DNA of 64,000 bases from an uncultured Clostridia bacterium (GCA_944345365.1 CALVMJ010000003.1:30800-94799), one strand, 5' to 3'. Shown: positions 28,801 through 37,029, numbered from the stretch's first letter. The notes: generated by a model not told the origin, from the sequence alone. A program made the numbers and translations.

Positions 28801-31800
28801 CAGGCTATGATGGTCAGTTCTATGTTAAATATTACTTTGGAAATAGTGCAAGTGTTCTAGATGGTGCTAATGCGGGATTTAGTGTGACTTTTAAAGATAA
28901 GTCGGGTACAGTTTTACATGAACAGACACTTAATTACAGGATCTACAAAAAGTATTATTTCGGTGTAACTATTGAGAACAAGGAATATGACGAAGGCGAA
29001 GGATATTATTTAGCAAGAGGCCTTTCCTATAAGCTTAACATTGAAAACAACGGTTATGACAGCGACAGCATAAAAATCACAACAAGCAATTCTTCGGTTG
29101 CAACAGTAAGAAAGGAAGACGGAAATTATTATCTTGACATTGTAAGCAGAGAAATTGACTACACAACAAATGAATCAAGCTTTAATTTAATTGCGACTGC
29201 GTCAAGAACTAATGTAGATGGCAAAAAGGAAGAAAGTGAAGAAACATATGCTTGTCAAATAATGGAATTTGTCATTAACTATAATCGCTCTGGTGACAAC
29301 AGGGCATACGACATAATTCACGGAATGGAAAATGGAAATTTAATTGTCCCAATGGGAGCGACAGAAAAATTTGAAGTTGACCTTAAAAACTATTTAGAAT
29401 ATTACGATTTAAGTCAACAAGTTCTTGAAAAAATAGCAAACTTTTTTGAAATTTTAACAAGCCAAGGAATTTGGAAAGTTTACAACGACTTTAACACAAA
29501 TCAAACTTTACCAGCATATTTGGAGGATTTATCTGATGCAGAAAAAGAAAAATATTCTCCTCAAACAATTACTACATCATCAAATTTTGAAAACAGGTAT
29601 TTCTCTATGTATGGATTTGAGTTTACAAGCAATGCCGAGCACGATCCAAACCTAGCAAAGCATTATGTTTTCACTTATGAGGGTTATTTTGAGCCTAATA
29701 AAAATGGAACTTATGATTATTCTACTAGTGCAAAGAGCGATGCAGTTGAGCTTTATTCTGAATTTAGTGTTCTATCCTATATAAGAGGATCGGAGGAATC
29801 TCCTATTCCGGTTAAGAGTTACGAAGACTTAAAGAAAATGTTGCCGGGAAGACACCACATTTTAACAAGTGACATAGTTATAACTCCTGATACTTTTGCT
29901 CCAATAAGCACAAATATTGCTTCGCTTGACGGAAACACATTTAATATTATATTTGAAGAAGGAAGCTATGATGTTTCAAGCTATTTAGATGTGGGATTGT
30001 TCTCTGATGTTTCACAAGACACTTTGCTTAAAAATATTACAATTCAGTTTTCAAAGTCTAGCTACAATAAGGTAATTTTTGAAACAAACAAAACTGAGCC
30101 AGTTCTAATTGCTCCATTGAGTGCAAGAAACAGTGGATCAATTACTAATGCAAAAATTTTTGGAAATTCTGTTTTTGAAGTCAGATTCACTTCTCCTAAC
30201 CAATCGCCTGCTTCTGGGTGCTATGTTGCAGGTTTAGTTGCAAACAACGCTGGGAACATTACAAATTCAAGAGTATTGCTTTCAATCACTACAAATGTTT
30301 CTTTGGGAGGGCTTGTTGGAACCAACAGCGGAAAAGTAGCAAGCAGTTACTACCGAGGAGGAACACTTCAAAATACTTCAAGTGAAAACACCAAGTTCTA
30401 TACGGCGGGATTAATTGTGAGCAACAGCGAAAATGGAGTTTTACTGACATCTTACTCGGCTGGACTTGTTGGTCAAGGAATTTACTGTTATGACGCAAAA
30501 GCTTCCAATATAAGTTCGAGCGTGCAGGTTGCTGGGGCAGTGTTTTCAAATCTTGGAAGAGTGGAAAATTGCTATTCAAACATTCCAATTGCAACCACTT
30601 CAAGTAGTTCTGGTTTTATGTATGAAAATGCCGGTAATATTAAGAATTGTTTTTCAACCTCAATTATTTTAAATGATTATAATCAAAGCAATCACTACTT
30701 TGTTGCAAGAAACAACATTGCAAGTGACAATGGGAATTTTGAGGATTGTTTCTATTTAAGTGATGATAATGCAAAATATCAATATACTGGGGAAATTACA
30801 GGTATAAATAAATCTCTTGCTTCTTCGACAGTTAAAAATGTCAATGAGCTTGATGTTGAAGGCTTTAAGAATCTTCAAAACTTTGAAAGTTTTTCTTACG
30901 GAAATACATCAAATGATCATAACAATGTTTGGATGTTTATTTCTGACACGGAAAGTGTTTCAAACGAAGTGTTTAGGGAAAGTGTGATAAACAAAACCGT
31001 AACAGGAAAGTTTGCAGGAATATCATATATTGCCCAAACATTCCCAAGTGGTAGACTTGAACTTGTTTCAGCAAACATCCTTGCAAGTTCATTTAGGGAA
31101 CTTGATGAAAACAGGACAGAAACTGAGAACGGAAACACAACATATTTCTATAATTATGCAGGAAATCAATATGGAACAATACTAAATCCTTATGTAATTG
31201 GCTCGGTTGATACTTTTGAAAGATATATGACATCAAATGGAAATTCAAGAGAAAATGATGACAACTTCCGATTTGTCAGCGACATTAATTATCTTGAAAG
31301 TAATGAAGTTATTAAAACTCACAATGTAAATTTCTATGGCATTTTAGAGGGCAACGGAATGATAGTTAAAAACATTCAAATCACCTCAAACGAAGCCCTT
31401 AAACATGCCGGTTGGATTGCAAGCATAAAAGGCTCTTTAAACAGACCTTCGGCTATTATGAATTTGGGCCTTATTCCTAGGGTCGTAAACTTCCCAAATG
31501 CAAATGTGGTTGGAGCGCTGGTTGGAAGCGTCGAGCAAGCCAACATACAAAACATTGTGGTTTACAGTAATATCATTTCTGATGAAGAGCAAGATGGAGA
31601 ATCTGTTACTGTTTCAGGAAAAAATATTGTCGGGGGAATCATAGGTTTAGTTAGCAAGAATGCTAGCATAAAAAATTTAATTAGCTATGTTGGTAGTAAG
31701 GCTAATTATATTCCATCATCTTCGGGCAGTTCGGCATCGTGGGATATGATTTATTCTCCTTCAAAACAGGATTTAAGTTTATATTCTTACTCCGGTGGAG

Positions 31801-33104
31801 TGATAGGCTATGTTTATGCAAATTCGGCAAACATGGTTTTAGTTAAAGATGTTAAGGTTCTTGGAAAAGGAACATATGCTCTTGGTTCAAGGGCAGGTCT
31901 TGTGTTTGGTGGAATTTCAAATAATGTTACAGCAAAGAATATTAACGTTAACATTGATGAAGGTATGATAATAAAAGCTTATCACTATGGAGGGCTTGTT
32001 GTTGGTGAAAGTGATGGATCGCTTATAGATGTTATTGTTAAAGGCTCGAAGAATTTAATTAATATCTTCTCTTGTGACAATGTTATCGCAGATGCAGTTG
32101 GGGGAATAACCGGACATATGATAGGTGGAAAGATTGAAAATGCTTATATGGGACAATCTTTTGAAATTAAATATGTTCATCCAACAAACACAATTAATTA
32201 TGTTGGTGGAATTGTTGGTTATATTGATGATCTGTCCAAAAACAAGACTTCAACCATTTCAAAAGTCATTCTTGATGCAAGTATCGGTGCAAGGGATATG
32301 CTTGGAGGAATAGTTGGTTATTCAAAATCCATTACTGAGATGAGTGAAATCGCTATATATAAAGGAATTTTATCTGTGAGTGGAGAAAATCCATCAACAG
32401 CTGTTGCAGGGTTTGTTGCACAGTCAGATAAAAGACTAACCATAAGAAACTCATACTCTTTGGCAAATATCAAGGTTCATAACCATGTTCCTAACAATAC
32501 GATCTCTGTTGATGTGAGTGCAATTGTTGCAAGAGAAAATAATGTCTTGAATCTTGAAAATATATACACAATGACAGCTTATGACGTTACACTTGAAAAC
32601 AAGAGTGTTTCAAAAGAGGCAGGAGTGGTGACATTCAAACCTTGCAACGGTGACGGAGAGGTCGTGAGTGATGTAAGTGGAGATGTAATTTTTAAACCTG
32701 TAATAGGGAATGAAAATCAAAGTCCGAGTGGTCTTAACTATTCTCTTAAATATGAAAAGGAGAGCGAAGAAATAAATAATTATCATGTTTACAATTTCCT
32801 TGGAACAGTAAACGAAAGCTATCAAAATATCTTAAACGTTACAACGACTTTTAAAGCAAGAACAGAAGGCCCTCTTACAATGAGTCTTAACCAAAACGAA
32901 CAAGGAAGAAGTATAGCAATGGCAATGCAAGGAGATAATTTGCTTCCTAGAGAAACGCTTATGTATGGATTAATGTCAAGTGAAAAAATTGGAGAAGAAG
33001 ATTCAACTCTTTGGGTAAATCCGGTTGACACTAGCAACAACCCAAATGCACTTTCATACCTAATGTTTGAAGCTTCTTTAAAAAACAGGGCAGGATTAGT
33101 ATAA
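22896..33104 (+). CDS. Giant surface lipoprotein (3,402 aa): N-terminal Ig-like repeats followed by three GLUG-like beta-helix modules; paralog of giant protein 1
   Basis: MRKIKNILLTVLCAMIFGIAGVFITSCGKQ is a signal peptide with lipobox ITSC. There is a Big_2-like segment (..VLVSFKVENF...GTATLFATTKEGENVTCSISVKV). Repeats YVGGVIGFNQGNV, YVGGITGKNEGEI, YIGGISGLVEGGRI and AGLVANNAGNITNSRV occur. Module-start motifs are at 25989, 29799 and 31185. The ATG lies 22 nt after the ATPase stop. Confidence 0.85.
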   Translation: MRKIKNILLTVLCAMIFGIAGVFITSCGKQEPQILITPSVNEVEVGVEEEVLVSFKVENFKSDGGIFITAFDSGISGEDSSSEHITFNTTYKGNGITDVVITGVSGGTATLFATTKEGENVTCSISVKVKEYSNILTLKNQNMFVSSLTKLIPSAADFSFSNQSTERKLNYYYIINDEDITNSKLTFEGVDDQGVYRFSQADSEKLLKAKEFISTELDKQSEKLIFTQSSKDQQGNNLKFEEEVYDTQTGYFIAEYENITANESYYVMAPFKVFFGIDENSFNILDLSNSVLNDIKLITYATEEASKEFKVEFPFYSEGILELNYSLNEEDLRKVSITKTVTIDNENNKEIHSFKISSKVAYKTEAVINVNLSYKGFSKVDDVAVSVTKQIPVSILVMPKEIMVNELKENDERNQYYFYNNNVGDFGWQEFKISVYAEDSSYSGVKLQFDQTKIEVKHQEFNLSNGDIITNLNAPLFVRGRNAGEEGDGSITLTLISDVYSQGQTPVSYEVKYSLVQGASKLDFTDEEYRYSIENQNYGIYISSSVDYVEFLGIYSDKNFYNASITALNEICKIDYIGKEESVDDEGVTRYLLKLKITPLKAGAETAVIYLDNGRSISATFKIVDVFENVFVNQKLDGDNNGIQESQKLPQVDGSDTGMNFVIRNSVDDGDDKYGKSVTIQIDSNNGIDVIKSIESEFYLEEQQSIFDLIEGQKGVYTFKTKNPGSAEIIFTVKGNKIENFKIKEIEKSISINLTSYNPSSRIVIYNSNDNLANTVSLYADEKAPASVKSEKFRAEVESSTSFNFYKFTSVGGNYVASYFSDEFVYWTSNITIREELTGVEVDKMVYGESYLIGNYAVFDTSTMTLTALSPDKSFVLYANILQYGLSRSFAINVKTLSYDSVNKISTNINNDFGSGLSLVFDQQNQNQEKSFNVTLIPNNATDLTLKYFIEDSNELKLLAVDGVVLQALQKGSWLVTLKLNPEVLSSVGQAVGATLIIAPNDWITSGGQIEQGKEFSVLKINLSYQDGSAENPFILQDAEDILSIGLGERSMSSHYIISSTIDMSAYSDRLPLGSEGNFTFNGTIIGKNNAKITGINIISGKEFSEGNYYGLFAKLGEAALIENVSFEGSFDISNSINTSETDYVGLVAGINLGELINVSAILNKSNINLGGQSIYVGGVIGFNQGNVIKDDKDYTDSSLIYYGCYPMPTIVMNDVLTFNSASSGIAYVGGITGKNEGEIKDLTQNKSVVGYLGYMAYTLIDIKNESKQTNVGAISGSSSGYIYGTLSGGRVYSRNEGDYIGGISGLVEGGRIGIDEGGQASQVVIRTNVSGFNAGLVAGNVNSGAQINNLLIEATDNGVSVNEEASMLVKYTKGESSSFNTYNEFQKKSYILTNNIENIGQDANATLKSYVTREYGEIPDASFTESTDVFFGDFVECKLVNPENSLLASDILAQYKFTSDSSGAINIELDDNFVEMSVEGDTTAPRMFTMFYFEAEGYIDERGNYSTSNLQNVQNILDRNFNTVPFDSELMPINISGGEFRIKSNSNLLSVDANNTFKVKGTGVAELEIISTLNARESQKIYINIINYFNFSAHKGESGESPFMINDLRLFGTASISLYSRKSTNIYISPVYEKEIFSSTIGIGEDGYVMIENTNIKLASSKDIVASINAGESGFEDNASYQIFDDLIVLNKKATMIEPNHTDDIIFNYALETVVNGKTYKTNEDEFKALNVKISYYEGMTGIISDYDSYVLNTSGEINDRVKILTDDKSETLSYKIYKKNQETSFFDIETNLFGDVVLSRSTTTDGVLSEVKISVNKNSEEYKNRFEDPIFGEYRVVFFATSEMENPNKIVKEIPLYLSDEYIDNVVIENYSEVDNMAIASNFVIPAQDGLLSITINPADADFYSFNISNLPTNSQAGSSKAGLVVGYLVHGTDSEFKTIPGAVYSSEGVSITKEAILNELNKEDNPGYDGQFYVKYYFGNSASVLDGANAGFSVTFKDKSGTVLHEQTLNYRIYKKYYFGVTIENKEYDEGEGYYLARGLSYKLNIENNGYDSDSIKITTSNSSVATVRKEDGNYYLDIVSREIDYTTNESSFNLIATASRTNVDGKKEESEETYACQIMEFVINYNRSGDNRAYDIIHGMENGNLIVPMGATEKFEVDLKNYLEYYDLSQQVLEKIANFFEILTSQGIWKVYNDFNTNQTLPAYLEDLSDAEKEKYSPQTITTSSNFENRYFSMYGFEFTSNAEHDPNLAKHYVFTYEGYFEPNKNGTYDYSTSAKSDAVELYSEFSVLSYIRGSEESPIPVKSYEDLKKMLPGRHHILTSDIVITPDTFAPISTNIASLDGNTFNIIFEEGSYDVSSYLDVGLFSDVSQDTLLKNITIQFSKSSYNKVIFETNKTEPVLIAPLSARNSGSITNAKIFGNSVFEVRFTSPNQSPASGCYVAGLVANNAGNITNSRVLLSITTNVSLGGLVGTNSGKVASSYYRGGTLQNTSSENTKFYTAGLIVSNSENGVLLTSYSAGLVGQGIYCYDAKASNISSSVQVAGAVFSNLGRVENCYSNIPIATTSSSSGFMYENAGNIKNCFSTSIILNDYNQSNHYFVARNNIASDNGNFEDCFYLSDDNAKYQYTGEITGINKSLASSTVKNVNELDVEGFKNLQNFESFSYGNTSNDHNNVWMFISDTESVSNEVFRESVINKTVTGKFAGISYIAQTFPSGRLELVSANILASSFRELDENRTETENGNTTYFYNYAGNQYGTILNPYVIGSVDTFERYMTSNGNSRENDDNFRFVSDINYLESNEVIKTHNVNFYGILEGNGMIVKNIQITSNEALKHAGWIASIKGSLNRPSAIMNLGLIPRVVNFPNANVVGALVGSVEQANIQNIVVYSNIISDEEQDGESVTVSGKNIVGGIIGLVSKNASIKNLISYVGSKANYIPSSSGSSASWDMIYSPSKQDLSLYSYSGGVIGYVYANSANMVLVKDVKVLGKGTYALGSRAGLVFGGISNNVTAKNINVNIDEGMIIKAYHYGGLVVGESDGSLIDVIVKGSKNLINIFSCDNVIADAVGGITGHMIGGKIENAYMGQSFEIKYVHPTNTINYVGGIVGYIDDLSKNKTSTISKVILDASIGARDMLGGIVGYSKSITEMSEIAIYKGILSVSGENPSTAVAGFVAQSDKRLTIRNSYSLANIKVHNHVPNNTISVDVSAIVARENNVLNLENIYTMTAYDVTLENKSVSKEAGVVTFKPCNGDGEVVSDVSGDVIFKPVIGNENQSPSGLNYSLKYEKESEEINNYHVYNFLGTVNESYQNILNVTTTFKARTEGPLTMSLNQNEQGRSIAMAMQGDNLLPRETLMYGLMSSEKIGEEDSTLWVNPVDTSNNPNALSYLMFEASLKNRAGLV

Positions 33105-33158
33105 ATTAAGAGGATATGGGTATAAAAAAATAATTTTGTGAAAAAATTAGAGAAATAC

Positions 33159-33187
33159 TTGACAAAAAGATAAAATGTTTGTAAAAT
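33159..33187 (+). promoter_or_regulatory. Sigma-70-type promoter candidate upstream of rpoB
   Basis: TTGACA (33159-33164), a 17-nt spacer, then TAAAAT (33182-33187). AT-rich context, so it could be a chance match. Confidence 0.4.
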
Positions 33188-33240
33188 AAGCTTGTTGAAC
33201 AAGTATAGTGGTGAAGTGTGTAAAAATATAATTTAATAAA

Positions 33241-33287
33241 AAGGGCGTTTTGGCGACACTTTAGTTATGTCGCCCGCCCTTTTTTTT
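33241..33287 (+). terminator. Strong two-tier hairpin plus U8, downstream of giant gene 2 and upstream of rpoB
   Basis: AAGGGCG/CGCCCTT outer stem and GGCGACA/TGTCGCC inner stem, followed by TTTTTTTT. Confidence 0.7.
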
Positions 33288-33336
33288 GTCTAAACCACAA
33301 AATACTGCTGTAATACTAAATTTAAGGAGAAATTAT

Positions 33337-36300
33337 ATGGCACTTAATATCAAAAAAGAAAAATATGGAAGAGCAGAAAGATATTCTTTTGCTAAGCATG
33401 ATGAAATTGTCGAAATGCCTGACTTACTTGGCATTCAGAAAAAATCATACGAAAAGTTTCTTAAAGAAGGTATAAGAGAAGTTCTTGATGAGTTTTCTCC
33501 TGTTGTGGATTATAGTGAAAAATCTAAGCTTTATTTCCTAGACATTAATTTGGGAGAAAAAAGCAAATATTCAATCAAAGAGTGTAAGCGTAGAAATGCG
33601 ACATATTCTGTTCCTTTAAAGGTAAAGGCAAGGTTTGTCATTGAAGAAACAGGAGAGGCAAGTGAGCAAGAGGTATTTTTTGGTGATATTCCACTCATGA
33701 CAGACAATGGGTCTTTTATTTGCAATGGAATTGAAAGGGTTGTGATTAACCAAGTTCTTCGTGCTCCAAGTGTTTATTTGACAAGAGAAAAAGAAGACAA
33801 CAGCACACTTCGCGCTCAGATGATTCCAGAAAGAGGATTTTGGCTTGAAATTGAACAAGGTGCCAATGAGGCTTTAAAGCTTGTTTATGACCGTTCAAGC
33901 AAAATGTCTATCGGTGTTTTCTTGAAATGCTTTGGCTTGACAGAACAAGAAATTTTAAATTTATTTGGAAATAACAAATATATTAAGATGGCACTTGAAA
34001 GAGAGCCACAAAAAACTCAAGATGAAGCATTACTTGAATTTTCGAAAAAAACTAGACCTAGTGATGTTCCATCAATCGAATCTACAAGAAATTATATAAA
34101 CAGATTCTTCTTTACAGATGCTTATTATAACCTATCAAGAGTTGGTAGATATAAATTTAACAAAAAACTTGCTCTTGCAAATCGTCTTCCAGGACTTGTT
34201 GCGTTTGATAATGTTATTGCTGATGATGAAGTAATTGTTAAAGCTGGTGAAATATTCACGGCTGAAAGTGCAAGAAAAGTTCAAGATGCCGGAATAAACG
34301 AAGTTTGGGTGCAAGTGAATGGAAAAAAACATTTGATGAGAGGAAATGCAAGAGTTAAGCTTTCTAATGTTTTCCCATGCGATGAAAGAGAACTTGGAAT
34401 AACCGAAGAAGTTTATTATCCAACACTAAGTCAGATTTTTAAGACTGTTAAGGGAAAAGAAAAGAGAATGGAGGCAATAAAAGAGTCTGCAAAGAATCTT
34501 ATTATAACCACCTTAACTATGGACGATATTTTAGCTACAATAAGTTGTTACCTTGATGTTCTGGAAGGCATTGCTGGTGTTGATCAAGTTGACCACCTTT
34601 CAAACAAAAAACTTTGCGCTGTTGGAGACCTTTTTGGAAAAGCTTTTAGAAGTGGTGTTCAAAAACTTACTGCCAACATTAAGGAAACATTGCAAGGAAA
34701 AGAGCTTTCTGATGTAACGCCATCTCAAATAATAAATCCAAAATCTGTTAACAAAGCTCTAAGAGATTTTGTGGCTCAGCATCAACTTTCTCAGCTTATG
34801 GATCAAAACAATCCACTTGCTGGACTTTCTCAAAAGAGGAGAACATCTGCTGTTGGACCTGGAGGAGTTAAAAAAGAAAGAGCCGATGTTGGGGTTCGTG
34901 ATATTCATTACACACACTATGGAAGAATTTGTGCTATTGAAACACCTGAAGGACAAAACATTGGTCTTATTGACTCACTTGCTGGTTATGTAAAAGTAAA
35001 TGAATATGGATTCTTGGAAACACCTTATAGAAAAGTGGACAAAGAAACAGGTGTTGTTTCAAAGCAATACGAGTACTATATGGCAGATGTCGAAGATTGG
35101 GCTTTTATTGCTCAGGCTAGTGAACCTCTTGATGAGGAAGGAAGGTTTATTAACAGACAAATTATTTGTCGTCATAATTCCTCTGTTGTTACTGTTCCTG
35201 CAAGTAAAGTTGACTTTATGGACGTTTCGCCAAAACAATTCATATCTGTTGCTACTGCATTAATTCCATTTGTAAACTCTGACGAAACAAACAGAGCTCT
35301 TATGGGAGCAAACATGCAAAGACAAGCAGTTCCTGTTTTAAGACCAGAATCACCTATTGTTGGAACGGGAATGGAATACAAGGTTGCTGTTGACAGTGGT
35401 CATGTTGGAATTGCAAAAAATGCAGGTGTTGTTGATTATGTAAGTGCAAGTGAAATCAGAATTTTGCAAGAAAATGGACAAGTTGACACCTACACTTTGA
35501 CAAAATTCGAAAGGACAAACGGGGAAACCTGTAACAATCAAAAACCTTGCGTAAAGAAAGGCGAAAAGGTTAAGGCTGGTGATGTGATTTACGATGGTTA
35601 CTCAACACAAAATGGAGAGCTTGCTCTTGGCAAAAATGTGCTTGTTGGTTATATGAACTGGGAAGGATACAACTACGAAGACGCTATTATAATAAGCGAC
35701 AGACTTGTCAAAGAAGATGTTTACACAACTATTATTTTAAAGGAAGAAGAAATTTCTTGCAGAACAACAAAGCTTGGTGATGAAGTTATAACCAGAGATA
35801 TTCCAAACCTTGGAGATGAAGCTCTTAAAAATCTGGATGAAAACGGAATAATAAGAATTGGGGCTGAAGTTAGACCGGGGGATATTTTAGTAGGTAAAGT
35901 TACTCCAAAAGGTGAAACAGAGCTAACTCCTGAGGAAAGATTATTAAGAGCAATTTTCGGTGACAAGGCAAGAGAAGTTAGGGATACATCTTTAAGAGTT
36001 AAACACGGTAAAGGTGGTGTTGTAGTTGATGTCCAAGTGTTCTCAAAGAAAAATAAGGACGAACTTGAACCTGGAGTTTTGGAAGTTGTTAGAGTTACAA
36101 TAGCTCAAAAGAGAAAACTTTCAGTCGGAGATAAGATGGCAGGACGTCATGGTAACAAAGGTGTTGTTTCGATTGTTGTTCCACAGGCTGATATGCCATT
36201 TATGGCAAATGGAAAGCCACTTGACATTGTTTTAAATCCACTTGGAATTCCTTCTCGTATGAATATAGGGCAGGTTTTGGAAGTTCACTTGGGACTTGTT

Positions 36301-37029
36301 GCTGGTAGTCTTGGCTGGAAGGTTGCAACCCCTGTGTTTGATGGAACAAATGCCGAAGAAATAAAAGAACTTCTTGTTAGCAATAATTTCCCTGCTGACG
36401 GAAAGGTTCAGCTTTACGACGGAAGAACAGGAGAGCCTTTTGATAGTTTAACTACTATCGGAATGAAATATATGCTTAAACTTGAACATATGGTTGATTC
36501 AAAAATCCACGCTCGTTCTATCGGACCATACTCTCTTATCACACAGCAACCACTTGGAGGAAAATCATTGTTTGGTGGACAGAGATTTGGTGAAATGGAA
36601 GTTTGGGCGCTTGAAGCATATGGAGCAAGTCATGTTTTACAAGAAATGCTTACTGTTAAGTCAGACGATGTGGTTGGAAGAGTTAAGACTTTCGAAGCCA
36701 TTGTTAAGGGGCAACCAATAGCAGAGCCAGGAATTCCTGAGTCATTTAAAGTGTTGGTTAAGGAACTTCAAGCTCTTGCTCTTGATATAAAAATCTTCAC
36801 AGAAAACGAACAAGAAATCTCTATTGCAGAACTTTCTATGGACGAACAAGATCACAGCACACCAACAGTTGAAGCTGAGCATAATTTTGATGAGTTATCA
36901 CTTGACTTTGACGAGCTTGTTGGAGATGTCGCATCTGAGAAAGATGAAGTAAAGGAATCAATCGAAGAAGATACAAAAGTTATTGATGGACTTGAATTAT
37001 TCGATGATTTTGGAGATTTTGACGATTAA
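33337..37029 (+). CDS. rpoB: DNA-directed RNA polymerase subunit beta
   Basis: Unambiguous RpoB sequence (..GRHGNKGVVS.., ..GGQRFGEMEVWALEAYGA..). Start set at ATG 33337 with RBS AAGGAG. The ORF-track TTG at 33286 overlaps the terminator U-tract. Confidence 0.97.
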   Translation: MALNIKKEKYGRAERYSFAKHDEIVEMPDLLGIQKKSYEKFLKEGIREVLDEFSPVVDYSEKSKLYFLDINLGEKSKYSIKECKRRNATYSVPLKVKARFVIEETGEASEQEVFFGDIPLMTDNGSFICNGIERVVINQVLRAPSVYLTREKEDNSTLRAQMIPERGFWLEIEQGANEALKLVYDRSSKMSIGVFLKCFGLTEQEILNLFGNNKYIKMALEREPQKTQDEALLEFSKKTRPSDVPSIESTRNYINRFFFTDAYYNLSRVGRYKFNKKLALANRLPGLVAFDNVIADDEVIVKAGEIFTAESARKVQDAGINEVWVQVNGKKHLMRGNARVKLSNVFPCDERELGITEEVYYPTLSQIFKTVKGKEKRMEAIKESAKNLIITTLTMDDILATISCYLDVLEGIAGVDQVDHLSNKKLCAVGDLFGKAFRSGVQKLTANIKETLQGKELSDVTPSQIINPKSVNKALRDFVAQHQLSQLMDQNNPLAGLSQKRRTSAVGPGGVKKERADVGVRDIHYTHYGRICAIETPEGQNIGLIDSLAGYVKVNEYGFLETPYRKVDKETGVVSKQYEYYMADVEDWAFIAQASEPLDEEGRFINRQIICRHNSSVVTVPASKVDFMDVSPKQFISVATALIPFVNSDETNRALMGANMQRQAVPVLRPESPIVGTGMEYKVAVDSGHVGIAKNAGVVDYVSASEIRILQENGQVDTYTLTKFERTNGETCNNQKPCVKKGEKVKAGDVIYDGYSTQNGELALGKNVLVGYMNWEGYNYEDAIIISDRLVKEDVYTTIILKEEEISCRTTKLGDEVITRDIPNLGDEALKNLDENGIIRIGAEVRPGDILVGKVTPKGETELTPEERLLRAIFGDKAREVRDTSLRVKHGKGGVVVDVQVFSKKNKDELEPGVLEVVRVTIAQKRKLSVGDKMAGRHGNKGVVSIVVPQADMPFMANGKPLDIVLNPLGIPSRMNIGQVLEVHLGLVAGSLGWKVATPVFDGTNAEEIKELLVSNNFPADGKVQLYDGRTGEPFDSLTTIGMKYMLKLEHMVDSKIHARSIGPYSLITQQPLGGKSLFGGQRFGEMEVWALEAYGASHVLQEMLTVKSDDVVGRVKTFEAIVKGQPIAEPGIPESFKVLVKELQALALDIKIFTENEQEISIAELSMDEQDHSTPTVEAEHNFDELSLDFDELVGDVASEKDEVKESIEEDTKVIDGLELFDDFGDFDD

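Noticed and set aside
20162-33104. Calling the ATPase plus giant gene an integrative conjugative element or other mobile element
   Set aside because: No integrase or recombinase, relaxase, coupling protein, channel components or flanking direct repeats are visible. The neighbours are core genes. A degraded ICE remnant cannot be excluded without the whole genome.
32822-33202. 126-aa minus-strand ORF overlapping the 3' end of giant gene 2 and the rpoB upstream region
   Set aside because: It is mostly antisense to coding sequence. The remainder lies in the AT-rich intergenic spacer, and there is no RBS.
33286-33336. TTG start at 33286 for rpoB
   Set aside because: It overlaps the terminator U-tract. 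The conserved RpoB N-terminus starts at ATG 33337, preceded by AAGGAG.
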